DNA of 64,000 nucleotides, taken from the NCBI GenBank assembly GCA_963700985.1, contig OY969554.1:640001-704000 (forward strand). Reading direction: 5' to 3'. The notes below the pieces were generated by a model. That model saw nothing but the letters and a program-made list of their open reading frames with translations. It had not been told where the DNA came from and made no database searches. This DNA is from an uncultured Chlamydiales bacterium (GTDB lineage: Bacteria > Chlamydiota > Chlamydiia > Chlamydiales > Rhabdochlamydiaceae). Positions 38,920-46,975 of the stretch are shown piece after piece (the stretch's first letter is position 1; every line of letters begins with the position of its first letter). Made by a program: the position numbers and the translations under genes.

Positions 38920-40409
38920 TAGGTTTTAAGATGCTGCAAGAATTCGATTAGCAGACGCACGCCCATTCCTGTAGCATGCAGGGGCTGATAAGCTTTATTG
39001 AGATCTGAAAGATAAGCCGTACCCGCAATGTCTAAATGTGCCCAGGGCATATCCCCTTTTATAAACTGCTGCAGAAATAGCGCAGCAGTGATCGAGCCAC
39101 CTTTGCGGCCACCTGAATTCTTCAAGTCAGCAATTGGAGATTTAAGGGCATCTTTATATTCGGGATAAAGAGGAAGTCTCCAGAGTCTTTCAAAAGTTTT
39201 CTCGCCCGCTTGAGTCAGCGCATCTGCTAGCTTATCATTGTTGCTGAAAAGGCCTGTGACCTCTTCACCCAGAGTGATCACAATCGCGCCAGTTAACGTA
39301 GCCAGGTCGATCATTCGATTAACAGAATAGTTGCTTTGGATATACGAAAAAGCATCCGCTAGAACTAACCTGCCTTCAGCATCCGTGTTAGAGATCTCAA
39401 CGCTTTTGCCGCTGTGGCTAAAATAGACATCGCCCGGCTTGAAGCTGTTTGGGCCCATCGAGTTTTCAGCTGCAGCAATCACGCCCAGGATATTCTTCTT
39501 AAGTTTCAAAGAAGCCGCAGCGCGCATTGTACCAAGCACAGCCGCAGCGCCAGCCATATCATCTTTCATGGTTTCAATACTGCCTGTGGGCTTAAGGTTC
39601 AACCCACCTGTATCAAAACTGATGCCTTTGCCAACCAGTGCAGTCGTGTCTTTAGATTTAGGATCGCCGCGATACTCAATGATGATGAGCGCAGGATCTT
39701 GGGCTGCCCCGCGATTAACGGCGAGAAGAAGCCCCATTTTCTCTTTTTCTAATTCTTTTTTACCTAGCACGGTAGTTTTAACTGCTGAAAACTCTTTGGC
39801 CAAGTCTTTGGCAGTTTGGGCCAACATTTGAGCGTTGACCTCATCAGCATTACTATTCACTAGATCGCGTGCTAATTGGACGGAAGAAATGATGGTAGTG
39901 CTTTTCTGGATCTCTTCGAAACAGCCCTTGTCTGCACCGATATAGCAGCAGCTTTCAATCAAAGGCTCTTTCTCATCAGGATTAACCGGCTTTCTATATG
40001 CCATAAAAGCGTAGTTAGCTAACTGGAGGCCCTCCGTAATGGCTCGGCAAAGGTGCTGTTTTTCCATTTCGCTAACCGGCAGAATTAGGTTGAGGCTCGT
40101 GCATTTTTTGCGTCGAGCTGCACGGAGTGCCATCGCATAGCTGCGCCTTAGAGTTTCAGCCTTAAGCTCAGATGGCTTTCCTAAACCTAATAACATCACT
40201 CTCTTTTCAGTTGAGCGCGCTGGATAAAGAAACATCGTCTCCTTCTCTTTCCCACGAAAATCCCCCGCATCTACGGGTAGGCTGGCCAAACTTGCTAGCT
40301 GCCGCTCTTTAAAAGCGGGTTCAGCTTTCTTCTTTCCTTCCCAAAAAGGCAGGATGAGTATGTCAGCTTTTTTTCTCGAATTAATCGAGCTTACAACCGT
40401 AGAGCGCAT
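38919..40409 (-). CDS. pepA: Leucyl aminopeptidase (M17)
   Basis: GKGISFDTGG, MKDDMAG, NTDAEGRL, ATLTG, AHLDIAG. Confidence 0.97.
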   Translation of the reverse strand: MRSTVVSSINSRKKADILILPFWEGKKKAEPAFKERQLASLASLPVDAGDFRGKEKETMFLYPARSTEKRVMLLGLGKPSELKAETLRRSYAMALRAARRKKCTSLNLILPVSEMEKQHLCRAITEGLQLANYAFMAYRKPVNPDEKEPLIESCCYIGADKGCFEEIQKSTTIISSVQLARDLVNSNADEVNAQMLAQTAKDLAKEFSAVKTTVLGKKELEKEKMGLLLAVNRGAAQDPALIIIEYRGDPKSKDTTALVGKGISFDTGGLNLKPTGSIETMKDDMAGAAAVLGTMRAAASLKLKKNILGVIAAAENSMGPNSFKPGDVYFSHSGKSVEISNTDAEGRLVLADAFSYIQSNYSVNRMIDLATLTGAIVITLGEEVTGLFSNNDKLADALTQAGEKTFERLWRLPLYPEYKDALKSPIADLKNSGGRKGGSITAALFLQQFIKGDMPWAHLDIAGTAYLSDLNKAYQPLHATGMGVRLLIEFLQHLKT

Positions 40410-40425
40410 GTTTTATCCTCGTTGA

Positions 40426-40872
40426 TCAGAAAGGAATTTCGTCTTCAATAAAGGCAGGGTCTTCTTTCCCCTGTCCAAAGGCAGGCTGCTCGCTTGCAAC
40501 GCCAGCATGCATCATCTCACCAGAGTTTCCTCTATTGTTGTCAGAAGGATTGCCATCTGGTCTACCAAAAGGACTAAACATTAAGTTTAAGGCGGTGATG
40601 TTCATCGAAACTTGAGGACGACCATCGCGATCAGTAAAGATCTCTGGTTTGCTCAGTTCGCCGAGCACAATAATCGGGCTGCCTTTTTTTAAATAAGCAA
40701 TCATCTTATCGAACTGCTCACCCCAAACTGTCACGCGCCACCAAATCGTCTCATCTTTCGAACCGCGACGTGCCTTTGCGGCTACGCGAATAGTGGTAAC
40801 TTTCTGACCAGAAGAGGTAAAACGCACTTCTGGATCGGCACCTAAATGCCCTGCAATTGTGATCTGGTTCAT
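40426..40872 (-). CDS. ssb: Single-stranded DNA-binding protein
   Basis: GHLGADPEVR, LKKGS, acidic tail EDEIPF. Confidence 0.96.
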   Translation of the reverse strand: MNQITIAGHLGADPEVRFTSSGQKVTTIRVAAKARRGSKDETIWWRVTVWGEQFDKMIAYLKKGSPIIVLGELSKPEIFTDRDGRPQVSMNITALNLMFSPFGRPDGNPSDNNRGNSGEMMHAGVASEQPAFGQGKEDPAFIEDEIPF

Positions 40873-40990
40873 TCTTCAACTCCATGTAACTTGTGTCACT
40901 GGTTTAAAAGTAACATAACTAAATTCGCAATTGCCAGCAAAAAACTTCACATGCTAGATTTAACCAATATTTCAAATAGTGAGATGATCC

Positions 40991-41374
40991 ATGCAAAAGA
41001 TTGAAGCCGCAGATGCTCCCAAAGCCATTGGCCCCTATTCTCATGCTGTAAAAGCCGGAGATTTTCTCTTTGTGTCCGGGCAGCTTCCGCTAAACCCAAA
41101 AACTGGCCAGCTCGCACCTGCCACAATTCAAGAACAGACGCACCAAGTGCTCGCAAACATAGAAGCGATTTTAATTGCAGCTGGCCTTACATGGAAAAAT
41201 GTCGTACGCGCGGAAGTCTTCTTAAAAGACATGCAGGATTTTAAAGAAATGAATGCAATCTATGCAGAGAAATTCCCTCACGAAATTAAACCTGCTCGTC
41301 AGGCCTTCCAGGTAGCCAAACTTCCCATGGATGCCCTCGTCGAGATCTCTTGCATCGCCTACACCGGTTTTTAG
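40991..41374 (+). CDS. ridA: RidA/YjgF family imine deaminase
   Basis: APKAIGPYS, SGQLP, PAR, LP..ALVEI. Confidence 0.93.
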   Translation: MQKIEAADAPKAIGPYSHAVKAGDFLFVSGQLPLNPKTGQLAPATIQEQTHQVLANIEAILIAAGLTWKNVVRAEVFLKDMQDFKEMNAIYAEKFPHEIKPARQAFQVAKLPMDALVEISCIAYTGF

Positions 41375-41988
41375 TGCGAACTGATTGCACGCGTTAGTTT
41401 CTTAGGAACTGCTAATGTATTTCCTAATTCAGGATCAGGATCAAACGTAATGCCAGCCCCCTTACAGTAGTTAATCAGCTCTCGATGTTTACCATCGGAA
41501 AGCCTCTTAAAGGCAGCATCAAAAAGAGCCTTTATTAACTGATCTCGCCGCGTTATACCTTCTGTATGTTCACCCGGCTTAAACGCTGAGTTATGTGACA
41601 AAGCAATGATCACTTGCCCGATATCCTTTAATTGAAGGCATCCAAGAAATGCTCGGCTTCGAAATAGTAGGTATGCTCCTTTGGGATCTGACGCCAATTC
41701 CAACGTAATTTTTGAAGACTTTACACCTCTAAAGTTGAAAATCTCAAGCTTCGGAAGATACATTTGGAGGAGGCGAGCTAAAGTTAGTCTCCTCGAAAGA
41801 GGAATTCTCATAGAGAGAAAATTTAAATCTTCATAATTTGCATACACACGATTTTCACGGACGCGATGAAAAATATCAGAAGCCAAAGCAGGATGGTAGT
41901 TTTTCAAAATCCCATCACAGAGGCTCAAATTGACATAAGAGACAATAATTTCACAAATTGCACGATCCTCAAAAAAGATAATCGACAT
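41371..41988 (-). CDS. Hypothetical protein
   Basis: 205-aa ORF with GAGGA RBS; no recognised motif. Confidence 0.6.
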   Translation of the reverse strand: MSIIFFEDRAICEIIVSYVNLSLCDGILKNYHPALASDIFHRVRENRVYANYEDLNFLSMRIPLSRRLTLARLLQMYLPKLEIFNFRGVKSSKITLELASDPKGAYLLFRSRAFLGCLQLKDIGQVIIALSHNSAFKPGEHTEGITRRDQLIKALFDAAFKRLSDGKHRELINYCKGAGITFDPDPELGNTLAVPKKLTRAISSH

Positions 41989-42059
41989 TCAATCCTCATA
42001 TTTCGATATTCGCAGTTAGCAAAGGGGGTTCGAGATTCAGATCGTAGTTTATTCTTTAT

Positions 42060-43202
42060 TTAGAACTTAGTATCAGCCCCTCCTTTGTCTACAAAATTTA
42101 ATTGGCTATATCTGTTTATTACAAAATAGAGAAAGGCCAGGTGATCGGCCATCGTTAGGTGTTCTAAGGCAAACTTGCGTGCCTTGCGCGCGATAGCTTT
42201 CGCCTCGGAATCATGCGCCTTGGCCCATTCGATCTTTGCAGGCAAATCCTCCAGATCGTGTTTTACCGGAACAAAGTGCACATAGGGCTTCAGTTTGGCG
42301 TAATACCATTGAATCCAGTCTGAATCGGGCTTAAAAATTAGCGAATTGCTAAAAAATTTCCAAGGCGATGCAGAAAAAGCGCAGGAATTGCTATCGAGCA
42401 AGATGTGGTATTTAAACTCGATCTGTTTCTCAAATCCAAGCCACTCTCCATGTCCATGTTTCAGATGCGAAAAGTGTTCGTAGCCAGGAGCTAAAAATTT
42501 GGCATCTATGAGTTGCGGAAAACGCGCGCTTAAATGAAGCAGCCTCTCTCTGGTAAAAAAACAGATCTGCTCGTCGTTCGACTGAAAGGCATTTCGAGGA
42601 TTTTGCGTGCCGCGCCAAAAGAGTTTTGCACGCTTTTTCTTCCAGGAAGATTTAAATCTTTCGCAATCGAGCCCATTCAATGCTGTGCAGCACTCAGCTA
42701 TTTCAAAATCTGGGATCAGAATGATCTGGTGAAGGTGGCGTCTTTTAGATAAGGCAAATAGAGGAAGCCCTTCATTAAATTCTAACCGATCGTGCAGAGA
42801 GATAAGAAAGGTGACATTGGGCAGTCTAACGGCGCGAGCGAGTTGAAGAAAGGCTTCGAGCAATCTTTCTGTTCTTGCTTCATGTCCGGTAAATTCTTTA
42901 TCAAAAGTTACCTGGTTATTGTGAATATTCACGCGAATCAGCAGCAACTCAAATCCGCGCCTTTCAAAGAAAAGGTTCAGCCTTTGAAGTGAAATGGGAA
43001 TCTCTCGATGAAAGCCAAAATCTCTCTCAATTTGCTCTTCTACCCAGCGGGGAATCCCCTTTTCGATCTTGACCTGAAACTGAAACTCATCAAAACTTAT
43101 TCGAGAAAATCCAATTTCGCATTCTCGCTCATGCACAAACTCTGCCTGACTTGCCAGTGGAGCATAGATCATTAGAAACAGGAGCTTCTTAAGAAAATTC
43201 AT
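42060..43202 (-). CDS. Glycosyltransferase family 90 (CAP10/POGLUT-like) with signal peptide
   Basis: ILIPDF, WKKK..KLFWRG, FKYHILLD, QWYY.KLKPYVHFVPV, WAKAHD.EA..IA. Confidence 0.85.
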   Translation of the reverse strand: MNFLKKLLFLMIYAPLASQAEFVHERECEIGFSRISFDEFQFQVKIEKGIPRWVEEQIERDFGFHREIPISLQRLNLFFERRGFELLLIRVNIHNNQVTFDKEFTGHEARTERLLEAFLQLARAVRLPNVTFLISLHDRLEFNEGLPLFALSKRRHLHQIILIPDFEIAECCTALNGLDCERFKSSWKKKRAKLFWRGTQNPRNAFQSNDEQICFFTRERLLHLSARFPQLIDAKFLAPGYEHFSHLKHGHGEWLGFEKQIEFKYHILLDSNSCAFSASPWKFFSNSLIFKPDSDWIQWYYAKLKPYVHFVPVKHDLEDLPAKIEWAKAHDSEAKAIARKARKFALEHLTMADHLAFLYFVINRYSQLNFVDKGGADTKF

Positions 43203-43406
43203 GCTCAATATTTTGGATGCCAAGCCAAATTTTTATCAAACCTTTCTTTTATTTAAACTCACATAAATCTAACTCTATCTATTTGAAAGTTAATGCATTA
43301 CACCTTAGATAAACTAATTAAAAAATATTTGAATGCATGAAGCAACTATAGCTATTTCTAATTATCTTGCCTTTCCTTATAATATTTCCTAATACATGGA
43401 GAAATT

Positions 43407-44864
43407 ATGAATTCAATAGTTATTAACATTAACAGCAAGCCTGCTTATGAATTAGCAAACAACCAGATACGCAAGCTTCCTGGGGATTGGTTAAGATACT
43501 CTATTTTTAACCTTTTAAGTCTCCATGACCTTTCAGCCAGCGCAAAAGTCTGCAAATATTGGAATTCCCGCGCTTCAGATCTTTTGGGTTTGGCCTACGG
43601 CAATCTCTTTTTTCCGAGTGTTGAAATTAGTCCACATGCTCCCCAAAGTTTGATAAATCGCTGTAAAACTCGCCGCGCCTTGATTTGCCAAAATATAGCC
43701 GCTTTGCGTTTCTCTGGAAGTATAAGCGATCTTTTAAGAGATAATGCGGGCAAGCCACTCTATGAGGAAGTTTCTCAAGGCTGCTCTCAATATGGCTCGC
43801 TCTATTTTCAAGTGCCTAGCAAATCAGAGAATCAGCTAATGATTCAAGGTTTTCGCCTATCTAAAAAAAGTGCCGCCAGAAAATTTCTGATAAAAGGTGC
43901 AACTGCGCTACAGCATTCTGTGCGCGAAACACCAGATCAAGAGATCCTCTTCACATTTAGAAACCAAAAAGGCGGCTTAAGTTGGGTAAGAGAAAAAGTT
44001 GAGCGCCAAGCCTCAGTCTTGCATGAGAATCCCGCTGCACATAAGCTGAGCATAAAAAACTCTTTAAGCTACACGGTTGCAGGTGACGCGCTCGTTTATC
44101 AGCAAGATAAACGCGTAATCCACTTAAACCCCAGATCAACACAATTAGTAGCTGAAATACCTCTGCCTTCTGAAAGTGTTGGAGAGAAAACGCCTATTCG
44201 CAGGGTGGTAGCTTCTGAAATTTGCCGACAGAAATTATGTATCCTAATAACAAAACTGCCTCAGAATCTTGGTACTCAAGACAGAGATGAGTTACAAATC
44301 TTCAATTTTTTTACAAAGAAAATTGAGCATTCTATCGACTTAGATGTATCTATTGATAACGAGAGACCTAAGCTTTACACCACTCCTAATTATGCATTAA
44401 TCTACTACCCTAGATGCTTTGAGATCTATTATGTAGATCTTAAAATACAAGAACACTTTTTGCTTCGAACACGCCGAGCTGTCGAGCTAACACCGCTTCA
44501 AATTCAGCGTTTAACACCTCCTATACCCTTAAGCACTCAAGCTCCAGAAGGCCAGCCATCTGATCAGTTTTTGCACGTGACCAATTTTTTTGATCTGATT
44601 GCGATAACGATGCTGGGTAACACTAATATCTACGATCTTGACGCAGGGTTACATCTCGCCACACTACAGCATGCCTTTGACGAGTTCTATTATGTCGCCT
44701 GGCATGACGGGAAATTTATAGCCGCCGGCAATCGCCAACGAAGGAGAGTTCAGGAGATGGAAGTTTTTGACTTCGGCGCAGCGGATGCTCAAACAACTCC
44801 CCTATCCTGCACTACCCGTTTCAAGCGGGCATTTTATAGTTGTATAGCCCCTAATCATAGATAA
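43407..44864 (+). CDS. F-box-containing protein, candidate effector
   Basis: LPGDWLRYSIFNLLSLHDLSASAKVCKYWN matches the F-box pattern; beta-rich C-terminal part. Confidence 0.78.
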   Translation: MNSIVININSKPAYELANNQIRKLPGDWLRYSIFNLLSLHDLSASAKVCKYWNSRASDLLGLAYGNLFFPSVEISPHAPQSLINRCKTRRALICQNIAALRFSGSISDLLRDNAGKPLYEEVSQGCSQYGSLYFQVPSKSENQLMIQGFRLSKKSAARKFLIKGATALQHSVRETPDQEILFTFRNQKGGLSWVREKVERQASVLHENPAAHKLSIKNSLSYTVAGDALVYQQDKRVIHLNPRSTQLVAEIPLPSESVGEKTPIRRVVASEICRQKLCILITKLPQNLGTQDRDELQIFNFFTKKIEHSIDLDVSIDNERPKLYTTPNYALIYYPRCFEIYYVDLKIQEHFLLRTRRAVELTPLQIQRLTPPIPLSTQAPEGQPSDQFLHVTNFFDLIAITMLGNTNIYDLDAGLHLATLQHAFDEFYYVAWHDGKFIAAGNRQRRRVQEMEVFDFGAADAQTTPLSCTTRFKRAFYSCIAPNHR

Positions 44865-44962
44865 TTTAATACACGCTAAGAAAACCCGTGTAAATATTTT
44901 TTGCCATATTCCCTCTCTTTCCGTAGGATCACAATTTTAGACCCTAACAGATTGAGATCAAA

Positions 44963-46417
44963 ATGCTCGCATATCGGCTCTCCTATCGCGCCTTGGTCAT
45001 TAGCCTGCTTTTAGTTTTCGGGCTAACTTCATGTAGTTCACCGCGCCATCGATTGCCCCAAACACCAGCCGATGTAGAAAAATATCTGCACCAAGCTGAA
45101 GAGCGAGCCAGCAAGAGCATCGATAAGATCGCCTCAATTCCTTTTGATAAAACGACATTTGATAACACCCTCAGAGAATGGAATCGTTTTGGCAATGATC
45201 TAATGGAAAATTTTGTGATTCTTACGTTTTTGACAGAAACCAATCTTCCTTCCAATGAAGCTGCCAGTCAAGCTATAGCAACCTTCCAAGCATTCCTAAT
45301 TCAAAAACTCGAACAAAATCAGCGCGTCTTTGAGTCTCTTTTCGCATACGTGCATCAGCTATTAGCAGAGGGAACGCCCGATCCTTATGAGAATTACCTC
45401 ATTTATGCCCTGATTCTCAGCACAAATAAAATCAAAGAGAAATTTCCTGCGGAGTACCAGGAAGTTTTTGCCTATTTAAAAACGCTCAGCGAGAAAAATG
45501 CAAAGCAGCCCTATCGCCTGCTTAAAGGAGATGCGCCTGCATTAGCCAATGACTCAAAGACGTTTACCATCTTAAGTCTCAACACCTGTTTTCTTCCTGG
45601 TGATCAAGCTTATCTTTATGGAGGAATGAAACACTGGCAAAAGCGCCTTTCACCTCTGGTAAAAAAAATCCATGCTAGTAAACCAGATATTATCTGCCTG
45701 CAAGAAGTGTTTGCGGAAGATGCCTCGGATGCGCTTTATAACGCGCTTAAAGATTCATATGCCTTCTTCTACACATCTATAGGCCCTCGCCCACCAGGCG
45801 TTGCATTTGAGACCTTAGGCTTGCCAAGCGGCCTATTTGTCGCTAGCAAATATGCTCTTGAAAATCCCCGTTTTAAACTGGCGGCCGACAGCGCATATCC
45901 GATTAACTATGGAAGTTTCGATTTCATCATAAATAATGGCACAACTTCAATTGGACATGTGTACACTGCGCATCTGCAACCGCATAACAATCAGCAAATC
46001 CGTGGCATTCAACTTCAAGAAATTGTAGACGAGATGCAGGCTGACGCAGCCAAAAATGAAAATATGCCCTATATCCTCTGTGGAGACTTGAATAGCCCAT
46101 TTGGTTCACAAGAACCCGCCCAAGCTCTCATCCACAAATATTTCTACAGCGCATATAACCAAGCGGGTCAAGAGGTGAATGAAGCGAATCACACCAGCAC
46201 CGACTATTTCACAAATCACTTCCTTGTCAAAGAAAATGCTAGAACTACGGAGGAACCGAACTTCCAAATTATCGATTACTCCCTACTGCTTAACACGCTA
46301 AGCTCAAAGAAATATGAAGTTGAAGCCGTGCTTGTTCCTATGAATGATCTGAAGGAACCAGGTGGCGCAATTAGCGACCATCACGGCTTATTCACCACCG
46401 TAGAACTTGCACAATAA
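44963..46417 (+). CDS. Lipoprotein with M3-peptidase-like N-terminal helices and EEP (sphingomyelinase-like) domain
   Basis: Lipobox LTS-C; ILSLNT, PDIICLQEVF, SGL..ASKY, HLQ, CGDLN, IDY, SDHHG. Confidence 0.85.
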   Translation: MLAYRLSYRALVISLLLVFGLTSCSSPRHRLPQTPADVEKYLHQAEERASKSIDKIASIPFDKTTFDNTLREWNRFGNDLMENFVILTFLTETNLPSNEAASQAIATFQAFLIQKLEQNQRVFESLFAYVHQLLAEGTPDPYENYLIYALILSTNKIKEKFPAEYQEVFAYLKTLSEKNAKQPYRLLKGDAPALANDSKTFTILSLNTCFLPGDQAYLYGGMKHWQKRLSPLVKKIHASKPDIICLQEVFAEDASDALYNALKDSYAFFYTSIGPRPPGVAFETLGLPSGLFVASKYALENPRFKLAADSAYPINYGSFDFIINNGTTSIGHVYTAHLQPHNNQQIRGIQLQEIVDEMQADAAKNENMPYILCGDLNSPFGSQEPAQALIHKYFYSAYNQAGQEVNEANHTSTDYFTNHFLVKENARTTEEPNFQIIDYSLLLNTLSSKKYEVEAVLVPMNDLKEPGGAISDHHGLFTTVELAQ

Positions 46418-46566
46418 GCCATATTTCGCTAAACATAAGATACTTATGCGCAATTCAAGCAAATTCAAAATGCCGTTTTAAATTTGCATGAATCGTTTTC
46501 ATCTCTTTGATACTCTTAATCTTATAAGATAAGATATTTTCATACCTCATTCCTTAGACGCCAATT

Positions 46567-46773
46567 CTGATTGTTGAGCGTGAAAATGGTATTGACGCCT
46601 ATGAAATCAAATGGGCAAAAACACTCACGCGCGATATGGCAGGACCCATCTCCTCTTTTCAAAAAGATCATGCTTTGAGGTCAGCTAGCGTCTTATCTCT
46701 CCAAGAAGAGACTATCCCATTGACTCCAGGAATCATGGGCAAACATTGGTCTAAAATTCTTGAAATCACTTAG
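46567..46773 (+). pseudogene. C-terminal remnant of an AAA+ ATPase/DUF4143-type protein
   Basis: Reads LIVERENGIDAYEIKWAKT...HWSKILEIT*; in-frame stop just upstream, no start codon. Confidence 0.55.
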
Positions 46774-46975
46774 CCTGTAGATACATTCTTAAAGGCGATT
46801 ACTGGTGCGTGGCCTTTAGACTTAAGCACAAACAGCTGTATTGTGGCGGCATACCATTTTTTTATATCTTAAAGACAGATTTGTCAAATCCATATTTTTA
46901 AAGAATTAGACAAAAAAAAGTCTTTTAGTTAGACCAAGTAGTTACGCATAAAAATTATTTTAAATTGCGCTACCA

